Notes under the pieces: generated by a model | Told to the model about the DNA's origin: nothing | The model's database searches: none | Seen by the model: only the letters and a program-made list of their open reading frames with translations | DNA from: Sedimentisphaerales bacterium | GTDB taxonomy: Bacteria; Planctomycetota; Phycisphaerae; Sedimentisphaerales; Anaerobacaceae | Length of the DNA: 64,000 nt | Assembly: GCA_963708075.1 (NCBI GenBank) | Contig: OY970194.1 | Coordinates: forward strand, 5,344,001 to 5,408,000 | Direction of reading: 5' to 3' | Position numbers and translations under genes: made by a program | Part shown: piece by piece, positions 48,493 through 60,200 of the stretch | Numbering within the stretch: the stretch's first letter is position 1 | Layout: every line of letters begins with the position of its first letter

Positions 48493-51303
48493 ATGCGGAA
48501 GAGCCCGAGCACCAGGAAAAGCGAATTGGCTCGCGGCCGGGCACAATCAAATTGCGAGGCTGAAGGGCACGCAATTTCATTTCAGGCCCTGATCGAGAGC
48601 TTCACGGACGGCTTTATCGTCCTTGACAATGACTATCGCTGCACGTACGCCAACGTTGCGGCGGCGACATTCCTGAGAACCACACCCGACGAACTTATCG
48701 GCCGGATCTTCTGGGATGCGATTGCACCATGGCGGTCTTCGCAGCTTCATGAGCAGATTACCCGCGCCGCCGAGCAAAAGGTGTCCGTGAAGTTCGAGGA
48801 GTACTGCGAGGTATGCGGGCACTGGTACGAATGGCGCTGCTATCCGACCGACAACGGCATGACCATCTTCTTTGACGATGCCACCGAACATAAACAAGTC
48901 GAGGAGCAGGTCGTCCAATCCGAACAGCAGTACCGTCTTCTCTTTGAGACCATGCCTCAGGGCGTGGTTTACCAGGATAACGAGGGGAAGATCATCTCCA
49001 TGAACCCCGCGGCCGAGCGAATTCTGGGCAGGGCACCGGCCGAGTTGCTGGGCCGAACGTCCGCCGACGAGGAATTCCACACGATTCATGAAGACGGCTC
49101 CCCTTTCCTCAGTGTGGAGTATCCCACGACGGTCGCGCTGCAGACGGGGCAGGAAGTGCGGAACGTGGTCATGGGGATATACAACCCGCGGGAACAGGCA
49201 TACCGCTGGATCAGCATCACCGCCGTACCCCTGATCCGGCCGGGAGAGGAAAAGCCTTACCAGGTGTATGAACACTTCCGCGACATCACGGAGCTGCGGC
49301 AGACCGAGAAAGCCTTGCGGCACAGCGAGCGCCGCTTTCGCAAGCTCTTTGAGGGAGAGTTGATGGGGATCTTCATCACCACACCGGATGGGACGTTCCT
49401 CGACTGCAATGATGCGCTGGTGAAGATGCTGGGGTACGATTCGCGGGAGGAGGTCTTGTCCCACCGGTCCTCGGACTTCTACGTGGATCTGGAGTTTCGC
49501 CAGGAGGCGGTCCACATGCTGCAAACGGAGGGAATCTACCTGGGCAAGGAAGGACGTGTCTGGCGAAAGGATGGGTCGATCGCGCATCTGCTCGGGGCCG
49601 CCGTTCTTCTCAAGGATGAGGAGACGGGCGAGCCGTATATTCAGGGAATCGCAGTCGATATCACCGAGCGCAGGCGCGCCGAGGACGCTCTGCGGGATAG
49701 CGAGGAGCGGTACAGGAAGCTATTTGAATCGAATCTCGCCGGCGTCTACCTCACCAAGCTCGATGGAACGATTCTTGATTTCAATGATGCGATGATGAGG
49801 ATGCTGGGGTATGACACGCGCGAAGAGGTGTTTCAGCACAAATCAACGGATTTCTACGCCGACCCCGAGTTCCGCAAGGAGCTGATCTATCTGCTGCACA
49901 GAGACGGCATCGTCCCCGGCAAGGAAGCCCGCCTGCAGAGGAAGGACGGGACACTGTTGTACACCATCGGGGCCGGCACTCTGCTCATCAACGAACGAAC
50001 CGGGGAGCGATACATCCAGGGAGTGGCGGTCGATATCACAGATCGCAGGCGGGCGGAGGAGGCACTGCGGCAGTTGAACAACCGTCTGGAGGAGGAAGTT
50101 CAGGCGAGGACCGAAGAGTTGAGCAGCGCGGTCGAACGACTGCAGGATGAGGCCGCCCGTCGCATGCTGGCGGAAGGCCAGGTCCGCGAGCACTCGGAGA
50201 TGCTGGAGGATCGGACCCGGCAGCTCCAGAGACTCATGCTGGAGTTGACGCAGGCGGAGGACCGGGAGCGAAAGCGCGTGGCGGAGATCCTCCACGACGA
50301 TCTGCAGCAGGTCCTGGCGGCGGCGAAGTTCCACCTGGGCCTCCTGGACAGCGAGTTCCGAAGCCCCGAGGAATCGCGGCAGATCACCCGGCAGGTGAAA
50401 CAGATGCTCAAGGACGCCATTGAGAAATCGCGGAGTCTGTCGCACGAGCTCAGTCCGGCCGTGCTCTACCAGAGCGATCTGGACGATACATTCACCTGGC
50501 TGGCCCGTCAGATCCACGACAAGTACGGCCTGGCGGTCCATCTGGATATCCGTGGTCCCGTCGCTCTGCAATCGGAGCCGTTGAGGGCCTTACTGTACAA
50601 GGCGACCCAGGAGCTGCTGTTCAACGTGGTCAAGCATGCGCGGGCCAACGAGGCGTGGATTCGCCTGCGGCGCCTGGGGGGATACATCTGCCTGTCGGTT
50701 TCCGACAAGGGGCGCGGGTTCGATCCGGAGCAACTGCGGGAAGTCGTCGGCTTCGGCTTGTTGAGTATTCGAGAGCGAGTCGGGCTGCTCGGCGGCCGGA
50801 TGAAGATCAAAAGCACGAAAGGCAAGGGCAGCACATTCCATATCGTGGTGCCTTGCGGCGAGTTGGCCGCCAAAGGCATGGAGATCGGGCAGCCGCCGGA
50901 GGACCGTGCGGAGGCGGAGGGCCGGGCGCAAGGTGAGGGCGATGGTCGGCTGCGAGTGTTGCTGGTGGACGATCACGAGATCGTGCGGCAGGGTATGGCA
51001 TCGCTGCTCAGCGAGCAGTCCAACATCGAGATCGTCGGACAGGCGTCCAACGGCCGCGAAGCGGTCAATCTCACGTTTGAGCTTCGGCCGAACGTGGTGA
51101 TCATGGATGTGTCCATGCCCCTGATGAATGGAGACGAAGCCACGCGTCAGATCAAACGGAATGTGCCCGGAACGCGAGTCGTCGCGCTTTCCATGTATGA
51201 TGAGGCCGAGACGATTGAGAGGATGCACGAAGCTGGAGCCGAGAGTTACGTCCTCAAAACCGCCCCCTCCGAGGAGCTGCTCGCCGCCATCCGGGGCAAG
51301 TAG
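48493..51303 (+). CDS. Hybrid sensor kinase: 4 PAS + HisKA_3 + HATPase + NarL-type receiver
   Basis: DITERR PAC ends, ERKRVAEILHDDLQQ, QELLFNVVKHA, DKGRGF, VLLVDDH, IMDVSMP. Confidence 0.9.
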   Translation: MRKSPSTRKSELARGRAQSNCEAEGHAISFQALIESFTDGFIVLDNDYRCTYANVAAATFLRTTPDELIGRIFWDAIAPWRSSQLHEQITRAAEQKVSVKFEEYCEVCGHWYEWRCYPTDNGMTIFFDDATEHKQVEEQVVQSEQQYRLLFETMPQGVVYQDNEGKIISMNPAAERILGRAPAELLGRTSADEEFHTIHEDGSPFLSVEYPTTVALQTGQEVRNVVMGIYNPREQAYRWISITAVPLIRPGEEKPYQVYEHFRDITELRQTEKALRHSERRFRKLFEGELMGIFITTPDGTFLDCNDALVKMLGYDSREEVLSHRSSDFYVDLEFRQEAVHMLQTEGIYLGKEGRVWRKDGSIAHLLGAAVLLKDEETGEPYIQGIAVDITERRRAEDALRDSEERYRKLFESNLAGVYLTKLDGTILDFNDAMMRMLGYDTREEVFQHKSTDFYADPEFRKELIYLLHRDGIVPGKEARLQRKDGTLLYTIGAGTLLINERTGERYIQGVAVDITDRRRAEEALRQLNNRLEEEVQARTEELSSAVERLQDEAARRMLAEGQVREHSEMLEDRTRQLQRLMLELTQAEDRERKRVAEILHDDLQQVLAAAKFHLGLLDSEFRSPEESRQITRQVKQMLKDAIEKSRSLSHELSPAVLYQSDLDDTFTWLARQIHDKYGLAVHLDIRGPVALQSEPLRALLYKATQELLFNVVKHARANEAWIRLRRLGGYICLSVSDKGRGFDPEQLREVVGFGLLSIRERVGLLGGRMKIKSTKGKGSTFHIVVPCGELAAKGMEIGQPPEDRAEAEGRAQGEGDGRLRVLLVDDHEIVRQGMASLLSEQSNIEIVGQASNGREAVNLTFELRPNVVIMDVSMPLMNGDEATRQIKRNVPGTRVVALSMYDEAETIERMHEAGAESYVLKTAPSEELLAAIRGK

Positions 51304-51515
51304 TCAAGCGGATAGAGGGGATTCGGCACCGATATTATCGGACATGTCGTGCGCAATCATCTCTCGAGGTGAACAAAGGCGGCTCGCAAGTCGTGTCCTA
51401 GGAAGAGAGGCTAGCTTGACGTGCATTCTTCGATGGGATAATCTCATGGAAGGAGTACACGAGGCTGGCAGCGTATTGAGGCAGAGTACCTATTCAGGGT
51501 GCGGGGATGTGTGCG

Positions 51516-54500
51516 ATGGCAGGGAAGACGAGCAATACGGATAGTGCCGAGGCGGCGGGATCAAGAGGTACGCGCAAACGACGGAGCCTCGAAAAGCTGC
51601 GGGACTCTACAGGACGCACTGAAGAACGTGGGCTTAGGGCCGTGCGCGAGATCGCCATGGGCGGCCTGGCTGCGACCTGGAATGCTTCCCAGGCAAGCGT
51701 GGAGCGAGGTGCGGCACTGCTTCCGGGGTGGCTGCGCCGCTTGGGATACTACGCCCTGGCCCTGCTCTTCGTGGCGGTGGCGGCAGCGCTGCGCTGGGCA
51801 CTACCGGATGCACTGAGCCTCACACCATTTCTGGTATTCTACCTGGCATGGGTAGGTGCCGCAGCGTTTGGCGGGCTGGGACCGGGGCTGCTGGCGACGG
51901 TGGCCTCATGGTTGTGTGTTGAGCTTCTGTTCGATTTCACCCCCGGACAGGTCGGCTTCACCGACCCGGCGTCAGTAGGCAGGCTGATAGTTCTGCTGGC
52001 CGGCGGACTGGCCGTCAGCCTCATCGGCGAGAAGATGCGCCGGGCCCGAATCCGCGAGCGCCGGCAGGTGCGGAAGTTGGCAGAGCTGGCCCAATTGACG
52101 AATCTGGGCCCTTTGCTGATTCTCGACTCGCAGGATCGAATCATCAGTTGGAGCGACGGCTGCACCAGGCTTTATGGCTTTACCCCCGAGCAGGCCATCG
52201 GCCGCGTCGGCCACGAATTGCTCCGGACTCAATTCCCCCAGCCCCTGGAAGCAATCCACGCTATCCTGCACGAAACAGGGCGGTGGGAAGGCGAGCTGAT
52301 TCACCGCCGCTCTGATGGGACGAATGTGAACGTTGCCAGCCTGTGGGTCTTGCGCGACGGCACTTCCAATCCGGCGGTCCTGGAAATCGACAACGATATT
52401 ACCGACCGCAAGCGGGCGGAGGAGGCGCTGCGCGCCAAGCAGGCCGAGCTCGAACTGATCCTCAACCGAACGCCGTTCATGCTCACCCGCTGCACTCGCG
52501 ACCTGCACTACCGATACGTCAGTCGCGCTTACGCCGAAATGATCGGGCGCACTCCCGACCAGGTTGCCGGCAAGCCGATCCTCGAAATCATGGGCGAAAA
52601 GGGCTTCGAGACTATCCGTCCGCACGTGGAAGCCGTCCTGCGGGGGCAGCCGGTCGAATACGAGGCCCCGGTTCACTACCAAGGCATCGGCCCGCGTTTC
52701 GTGCATGTTGTTTACGCGCCGGATGAGGACGAACAGGGCCACGTGATCGGTTGGATCGCCTCGATCATCGATATTACCGAGCGCAAGCAGGCCGAGCAGG
52801 CGCTGCGGGAGAGGATGAAGGAATTGGCCTGCCTCTACGCGGTGGACCGTGACATACAGGAAGACTTGTCCATCGATGAACTTTGCCGGCGCGCTGTCGA
52901 GCACCTGGTTCCAGCCCTGCGGTTTCCGGAGATTACCGTGCCGGTGATTGAACTGAATGGCAAGCGATTCACCTCGGAGAACTATGCCGAGGGGCTGTCG
53001 CACGGCCTCCATGCGGCGATCAGAGTGGAGGGCGAGGTCCTTGGGCGCTTGACGGTCTATTATGCCCAGGAGAGGCCTTTCATACTTCCCGAGGAGCAGA
53101 ACCTGATCGACGGTGTCGCTGAGGCCCTGAGCATGTGGCTGGAGCGCACGCGGATCGAGGAGGCGCTGCGGGAGAGCGAGGAGAAGTACCGTGGCATCGT
53201 GGAGACCACGACGGAAGGGATCGCGATGGCCGATGCCAATGCCCGGATTGTCTTCGCCAACGACCGCTGGTCGGAGGTTTTCGGCTACAGGCTGGAAGAA
53301 GCCGGACCCGTAACCCTCTTTGATCTGGTCTTCCCGGAGGACCTGGCCCAGATGACCGACCGGTGGGAATCGCGAAAACGCGGCCGGACGGAGAGTTACG
53401 AGTTCCGCTTCCGACGAAAAGACGGCAGCGCCGTCTGGACCTTGATTGGCGTGGCCCCGAGGCTCGATCCGGAGGGGAAATTTCTTGGCACGCTGGTCAT
53501 GGTCACCGATATCACCCAGCGCAAGCGAGCGGAAGAGGCGCTTCGCCGGAGTGAGCGCCAATTCAGGAGCACGTTTGAGAACGCGGCCGTTGGGATTGCC
53601 CATGTCGCGCTGGATGGACGGATCCTGCAATGCAACAGCCGATTCTGCGAGATCGCCGGTTATTACTGCGATGACATTCTCGGCAAGACCTGTGAGGAGA
53701 TCACGTTTGCCGACGATTGGCAGGCCGAGCGGACCCAGATGCAGCGTCTTTTGGATGGGCGGGTCGATCATTACTCGATTGAGAAGCGATACATTCGCAT
53801 GGACGGCAGTCCTGTCTGGGTCAATCTGACCCGATCGATTCAACGGGATGATGCAGGCCGGTCGGAGTATTTCATCGTCCTCGTCGAGGATATCTCAGAG
53901 CGTAAGAGAGCAGAGGAGGCCTTACACGAGTTGACCGCGACGCTGGAGAGCAAGGTGGCTCAGCGAACAGTGGAGCTCAAGGATCGGGCGAAGCAGCTCC
54001 AAAAACTGACACTTGACCTGTCGGAGGCGGAGAGCCGCGAGCGTAAACGTCTGGCGGGAATCCTGCATGACGATCTGCAGCAGATGCTGGCGGCGGCGAA
54101 GTTCCACCTGGGTTTGGTAAGCAGCCGGTGCAAGGATGACGTGACGTTGCAGGAGATGACCGGGAAGGTCGAGGAGTTGCTCGTAGAGGCGATTGACAAG
54201 TCTCGCAGCCTGTCCCGCGAGCTGAGCCCGCCGGGGCTGGCTCGCAGCGACCTGCGAGAGACCTTCGAGTGGCTGGCGGGCCAGGTGCAGGTGAAGCACG
54301 GCCTGACGGTCCACGTGGATGTCCGCGACCAGATCGAGCTGCAGTCCGAGCCGCTCAAGGCCCTGCTCTACAAGGCGGCGCAGGAAATGCTGTTCAACGT
54401 GGTCAAGCACGCCCAGGTCCGGGAGGCCCGGCTTCGCCTGCGGCGCCGGCGCGGGAACATATGCCTGACCGTGTCCGACAAGGGTCAAGGATTCGACCCG

Positions 54501-54665
54501 CAGGAACCCAGCAGCACGGCCGGGTTCGGGCTGCTGAACATCCGCGAGCGTGTCAACCTGCTCGGCGGCCGCATGAAGGTCAGGAGCGCCAAAGGAAAAG
54601 GGAGCACCTTCCTCATCGTTGTGCCCGACTCGGCGCAGCAGGCAAACCAGATCGATCGCGCCTGA
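51516..54665 (+). CDS. Membrane sensor kinase: DUF4118-like TM + multiple PAS + HisKA_3 + HATPase
   Basis: TPFLVFY...FGGLGPGLLAT TM domain, PAS/PAC repeats, LHDDLQQ, FNVVKHA; start position uncertain. Confidence 0.88.
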   Translation: MAGKTSNTDSAEAAGSRGTRKRRSLEKLRDSTGRTEERGLRAVREIAMGGLAATWNASQASVERGAALLPGWLRRLGYYALALLFVAVAAALRWALPDALSLTPFLVFYLAWVGAAAFGGLGPGLLATVASWLCVELLFDFTPGQVGFTDPASVGRLIVLLAGGLAVSLIGEKMRRARIRERRQVRKLAELAQLTNLGPLLILDSQDRIISWSDGCTRLYGFTPEQAIGRVGHELLRTQFPQPLEAIHAILHETGRWEGELIHRRSDGTNVNVASLWVLRDGTSNPAVLEIDNDITDRKRAEEALRAKQAELELILNRTPFMLTRCTRDLHYRYVSRAYAEMIGRTPDQVAGKPILEIMGEKGFETIRPHVEAVLRGQPVEYEAPVHYQGIGPRFVHVVYAPDEDEQGHVIGWIASIIDITERKQAEQALRERMKELACLYAVDRDIQEDLSIDELCRRAVEHLVPALRFPEITVPVIELNGKRFTSENYAEGLSHGLHAAIRVEGEVLGRLTVYYAQERPFILPEEQNLIDGVAEALSMWLERTRIEEALRESEEKYRGIVETTTEGIAMADANARIVFANDRWSEVFGYRLEEAGPVTLFDLVFPEDLAQMTDRWESRKRGRTESYEFRFRRKDGSAVWTLIGVAPRLDPEGKFLGTLVMVTDITQRKRAEEALRRSERQFRSTFENAAVGIAHVALDGRILQCNSRFCEIAGYYCDDILGKTCEEITFADDWQAERTQMQRLLDGRVDHYSIEKRYIRMDGSPVWVNLTRSIQRDDAGRSEYFIVLVEDISERKRAEEALHELTATLESKVAQRTVELKDRAKQLQKLTLDLSEAESRERKRLAGILHDDLQQMLAAAKFHLGLVSSRCKDDVTLQEMTGKVEELLVEAIDKSRSLSRELSPPGLARSDLRETFEWLAGQVQVKHGLTVHVDVRDQIELQSEPLKALLYKAAQEMLFNVVKHAQVREARLRLRRRRGNICLTVSDKGQGFDPQEPSSTAGFGLLNIRERVNLLGGRMKVRSAKGKGSTFLIVVPDSAQQANQIDRA

Positions 54666-54889
54666 GAATTTCGTATTTCCGGGTGGCAGCGGCAAGGCTG
54701 TTTGTAGTGACGCCGTAAGGCGTTGTCTTGTATGCCCTTACGGGCACTTTGGTGGCGGATTCCGGTTTCCGCGTAGGACGAGCGTCCCCGCTCGTCCATT
54801 GCAGGGATCTGCAATCGACAGGATGTGGTGCGAGGCCATGCGACAAAAGGGGCGAGCGGGGACGCTCACCCTACGAAGAGCGGCACCAA

Positions 54890-55828
54890 TCGCCACCGTA
54901 TGTGGACTGCGCCTCTTTCGTCCCTTACGGGACTGGCTTTTGTCCTCGGCCCCGGTTCCCCAGCGATAAATCGCTGGGCTATTCTCTATCGCCCTGCGGG
55001 CTTGGACTTCGCTCCAGTCCTCTTGCGTCGGGTGGAATCCGAATCCGCCACCGTATGCGGCCTGCGCCTCTTTCGTCTCTTACGGGACTGGCTTTTGTCC
55101 TCGGCCCCGGTTCCCCAGCGATGAATCGCTGGGCTATTCTCTATCGCCCTTCGGGCTTGAACTGCGCCCGGACGGGTCGATGACCATCCCGCAGGCGTTG
55201 CGGCTATTCTCTATCACCCCGCGGGCTTGGACTGCGTCATGGCTGAGCTTCGTGATACTGCAAAATTGAAGGCTATCCTCTATTGCCCTGCGGGCTTGGA
55301 CTTCGCTCCAGTCCTCTTGCGTCGGCTCGTCCGCCCCACAGGGGCGATCGACACTAGCCCACCGTTTCAACGGTGGGTACGATAGTCAATCCTATCTCAA
55401 AGCCCCGTAGGGGCGAAAGAAGATTGGGCTGCGCTCTTGTGTCGGGTGGAATCCGAATCCGCCACCGTATGCGGATCGCCCCTCTTTCGTCCCTTACGGG
55501 ACTGGTTTTTATCCTCGGCCTCGGTTCCCCAGCGATAAATCGCTGGGCTATTCTCTATCGCCCTGCGGGCTTGAACTGCGCCCGGACGGGTTGATCACTA
55601 TCCCACAGGCGTTGCGGCTATTGGCTATCGCCCTGCGGGCTTGGACTTCGCTCCAGTCCTCTTGCGTCGGCCCGTCCGCCCCACGGGGGCGATCGACACT
55701 AGCCCACCGTTTCAACGGTGGGTACGATAGTCAATCCTATCTCAAAGCCCCGCAGGGGCGAAAGAAGACTGGGCTGCGCTCTTGTGTCGGGTGGAATCCG
55801 AATCCGCCACCGAATGCCGACCGCACCC
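54890..55828. repeat. Tandem amplification of family A repeat modules (inverted)
   Basis: Three copies of the ctctttcgtcccttacgggactgg...cccagcgat.aatcgctggg module and two of the cccaccgtttcaacggtggg module. Confidence 0.9.
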
Positions 55829-56009
55829 CCGGACGCCACCTTATACCGATTACGATTGAGTATTTCGTAGCTCCGGGTGCAGCGGCAAGGCCGAAGGCTT
55901 TGCCGATGGCGAATGGGACAAACCATCGGCAAGCTGCGCTTGCCGATGCCACCCAAGGCTTAATGACTTGCTATGAGAAACTCAGGTGTAATCGGTATTA
56001 TCCTTAACG

Positions 56010-56041
56010 AAGGGAGGCAAGTCATGGGGCTTGCCTCCCTT
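56010..56041. terminator. Hairpin, probably the terminator of the 57298-60660 gene before IS insertion
   Basis: aagggaggcaag-N8-cttgcctccctt. Confidence 0.55.
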
Positions 56042-56043
56042 GA

Positions 56044-57266
56044 TAGGGCTATCGCATCTAAATTGAGCCTTTGTAGGTGTGGTTTCGTATTCTTCTCAGA
56101 AGCAAGACACTCAGATTAGAGAGGAATACGTTCTTGATGAGCAAGTCGATTTGGGATCATTTTGCCGCGGTTCCTGATCCTCGCGTGGAGCGGACGAAAC
56201 GGCATGAATTACAGGATATTCTGGTCATTGGCGTCTGTGCCGTGATCTGCGGGGCTGAGCACTGGACGGACGTAGAGATGTTCGGCAACGTCAACGAGGA
56301 ATGGTTTGGCACGTTTCTGGACCTGCCCAATGGCATTCCATCGCATGATACCTTTGGTCGGGTCTTTGCCGCCCTGGACCCGGATGCGTTTGAAGCGGTC
56401 ATGCAGGCGTTTGTGGCGGATCTGGCCGGCAGCAGCCGGGGCAAGCACATCGCCATCGACGGCAAGACCCTGCGAAACAGCTTTGATCGGGTCCGTGCCA
56501 AAGGCCCGTTGCACATGGTCAGTGCCTGGGTCCACGAGAACTGCGTGGCTTTCGGCCAACGGGCGGTCGATGCCAAGAGCAATGAGATCACCGCGATCCC
56601 GGAGTTGCTCAAGCTGCTCGACGTGGAGGAGGCAACCATCACGATTGACGCCATGGGTTGTCAAAAGGAGATCGCCGAGCAGATCGTCGATCAGGGCGGC
56701 GACTATGTGCTGGCCCTCAAGGCTAACCAAGGGACTCTGTACGAGGATGCCCGGATGTACATGGAGGACGGCATCGCCCACGGGTTTGCCGGCGAGCAGG
56801 ACTTCTGGGAAACCGTGGAAAAAGGCCATGGACGACTGGAAACCCGCCGGGTGTGGACTACCAGCGATGTGGGATGGCTGCAAGGGCGTCACGACTGGCC
56901 GGGTCTGGGCAGCCTCACGGCCATCGAGCGAGAGCGTCAGGTCAACGGCCAGTGCGAACGAAAGCGACACTACTTCATCAGCTCCCATCCGGGACACTGT
57001 GCCCAGCGTCTGGGGACATTGATTCGCCATCACTGGTCCGTGGAGGTCCAGTTGCACTGGTCGCTGGACGTGAGTTTCCATGAGGACGCCAGTCGAGTCC
57101 GAGTGGCCAACGCCGCCGAGAACTTCTCGCGATTGCGTCGAATCGCCCTGATGCTGCTCAAGCAGGAGAAGACGGCCAAGGGCGGCATCGCCGCCAAACG
57201 CCTCCGAGCCGGCTGGGACCAAGACTACCTGCTTAAGGTCCTTGGCATTTAGATGCGATAGCCCTG
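56044..57266 (+). mobile_element. ISAs1-family insertion sequence
   Basis: TIRs (t)agggctatcgcatctaa / ttagatgcgatagccct(g); 10-bp TSD CCTCCCTTGA (56034-43, 57267-76). Confidence 0.95.
56137..57252 (+). CDS. ISAs1 transposase
   Basis: [55 protein letters not shown]. Confidence 0.95.
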   Translation: MSKSIWDHFAAVPDPRVERTKRHELQDILVIGVCAVICGAEHWTDVEMFGNVNEEWFGTFLDLPNGIPSHDTFGRVFAALDPDAFEAVMQAFVADLAGSSRGKHIAIDGKTLRNSFDRVRAKGPLHMVSAWVHENCVAFGQRAVDAKSNEITAIPELLKLLDVEEATITIDAMGCQKEIAEQIVDQGGDYVLALKANQGTLYEDARMYMEDGIAHGFAGEQDFWETVEKGHGRLETRRVWTTSDVGWLQGRHDWPGLGSLTAIERERQVNGQCERKRHYFISSHPGHCAQRLGTLIRHHWSVEVQLHWSLDVSFHEDASRVRVANAAENFSRLRRIALMLLKQEKTAKGGIAAKRLRAGWDQDYLLKVLGI

Positions 57267-57297
57267 CCTCCCTTGATGAACGTATTGCGCTCCGCTG

Positions 57298-60200
57298 TTA
57301 CGGCAACGGGGGCGTGCCCAGCGTCTGGGGCTGCTGGAACAGAACAAACGACATGTCCTCGCTGGCCCCGGTCTGGTCTTCCAGGGGCTCCCAGCGGACG
57401 CCGCCGGCGCCTGTCACGTAGGAGCCGGCCACGGCATCGTCGTTGAAGTAGTGCTTATGGTTGGTCCAGCCCCACGGATAGGGTACTGCGGTCGGGCTGC
57501 TGTATACGGCCACCACGCTGAACCAGTAGACATTGACGCCTTCTTTCTGATGGAACCATTGATCCACGGGCAGCGTGACGGAGTACCGGAAGACCGGCTC
57601 GCGTCCCTTGGCCGCGGTGGGCTGTTCCGGGTGCTTGTCAAAGCCCACCAGGACCTCGTCGAAGTCAACGGCTCGGTACTCCCAGAGCTTCACACCCGGA
57701 TGACTGAAGCTGGTGGGATCGTTGGGATTGGAGTTCGGCACATCCGACCAGATGGACAGGAGGAAGTAGTCCGGCTTGACCGGCGGCGTCTGGTCGTTGC
57801 ATCCACACGCCTGATAGTCATATCCGATGTACGACCCCCACCACACGGCCGCAACCACCGGCCTGGGCGTGGTGCACAGCCAATCGTCGGCCACCTGCCG
57901 AGTGACTGTCGACGAGTTCTGGCTCGACGTGATGATGTCAAAGGCCAGGGCGGTGTGCCGACCCTGCAGGGGATGCTGCGCAGGGTAGGCGAGTGGCTTC
58001 CAAGTGCCGTTGTACGGCTCGTCGGCCTGGGCCCAGACCGCGTCGTCGTTCCAGGTCTGGAGCGAGGTCTTCCATCCGAGTCGGGTCGCCGTACTGCGGG
58101 GGGGATGGATCAACTGCGCCTGGACGCTCAACCAGTAGACCACGGGTCTGTCCCGCGTCCCTTCCTGCATGAAGGCCTTGGCCGGATCGATGGTGAAGGT
58201 GTACTGGTACACGGCCTGATGGTTGTTCGCCTCGTACGAGGACTCACACGGGATCGCAAAGCCCTGGACGTCGGAGGCGATCTTCTCCACACTGAATTGA
58301 CCCTTGGCGAAGACCTTGCTCCAAAGGACCGCGCCGGGCATGCTATACCCGGCGGCACTGGCGGTGGCCGGGACATCCTTGCGGATGCTCAGGGTAAAGG
58401 TCACATCGTTGGCGTCGTTGCCGATCAGGATGTCCTGATACCAGGACCCCCAGATGTCGATCTGGGTGACGGGCCCGGGGATCGTGCACTGGTAGTCGTC
58501 GGCCAGGATCTCCGGACAGGCCAGCGGCGGAATGTCGGTGGTGGCATCCATGTCGACGCCGGTCCTCGACAGGTCCGGCTCTTGCAGCCACTTGAGGGCG
58601 ATGGCCCCGGTCTGGGCCAGGCCGCTCATGGACTGCTCGTCTTCGTAGTGGGGCCAATCCCGAAGGCCCGTGAAGGGCTGTTGCCACTTGACGTAGTCGG
58701 GGTCCGTGTCCAGGGCAAAGGCCATGTCGAATTTGGCCCTCCGGCCGCAGGCGTCGGGTTCCTCTATCGGTTGGATCTGAATGGCGCTGATGGGCAGTCC
58801 CGTGGGAGTCACGGTCAGTGAGCTGACAAATCGCACCGCTCCATCCATCCACCACCACGGGCGGGTCTTCCAACCCCACACATGGTCCGGCCTCTGGGTC
58901 TTGTACAAGGCCGTGATGGCGATCCAGAAGATGTCGCCGTCATACCGTTGCTGCCAGAAGTACTCCTTAGGATCAAGCGTCAGCGAATATGTGAAACAAC
59001 TGTCCGACGGTTGATTGGGGAAGCGGTCTAATCCCGCCGGCCTGGCGTTGACGCGGTCCGGCCCAACCTCGAACTGCCAGAGCATCTTGCCGGGACGACT
59101 GTACGGATTGGTTTGATCGGCCGGGGTATTGTCCCAGAAAGTGATCCGCCATCCGTCCGGTCCGATGGCCGGCGGCGCCTGCTCCTGCCATCCTTGGTAC
59201 GACCCCCACCAATGGATACTGGTAACGGGCATAGGACCCAGACAGCGGAAATCGTCGGCCGGGTAGCTCGATGAACTCGTCGTCGCACCGGGTATCGCCT
59301 CGGCGTAGGATGGCTCGTCCCAGCCGCAGAAGGTCACGCTCGCAGCCAGCGGGTTCCACTCGATCGCGGGTTGCTCCCACTTCAGGGGTTCCGGCGTGGC
59401 GGCGGGTTGGCTGCCGGTGATCACGAAGGCCAGGTCGATCGACTCCCGGGTCTGGGGATCGCGCAGCTCCATCCATCGACCGCTGGACTTGGAGTACCAG
59501 ACGGCGTCGTCGTTGAAGTGGGCGCTGCCCGACTGCTTCCATCCGATGGCGGGCAATTGCGCAAAGTCCACGGCCAGCCAATATACTGTGCCCTCCTGTT
59601 GGATGAAGGGATCCGGGATGCGGCAGATGTCGATCTGCTGCCAGGACGTGTGGTCGTCCCGTCTCCACTGGCCGGTGGCCGGATCAAACCAGCCCTGCCC
59701 GTCTCTCGGCATGTCACGGATCACGAAGTCCCCCGGACCGAAGAACCTCGCCCACAGGGCCTGGCCCGGCTCGCTGTACAGCGGGCCCTTGCCGTCCGGG
59801 TCCGGGACATCGGAATAGACCGTGACCCAGAATCCGGGGATCTGGACCATCCTATCCTGGCTCCAGGAGACCCAGAAATGCAGATCATCGACCGGCCCGG
59901 TCCGGGAGCACCTCCAGTCATCGGCGAGCACCAACGAGTTGAAGGCTATGTCCAGGCCGCCTGCCTTGGGCGTCTGGGCCCAGTGCATCTTGTGATCGTC
60001 GCCTTCCTTCCACTGGCAGGAGCAAGGCGCCTGGCTGCAGTCTATGCCCGGCCCCTGGGGGATGCCGTTTCTTGCGAGGCATTCCGCTGCCGTGGCGCTC
60101 ACGCAGGTCCCGTCCGGCAGACAGCAGGCCTGCCGGGGCTCCGGGCTCACACACACATGCTCGATACTGCCGTCTTCGATCGCGACATTCGTGCCGCGGA

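Noticed and set aside
54890..55828. Possible CRISPR array
   Set aside because: Units are long, irregular and lack unique spacers; no cas genes; they match dispersed family A
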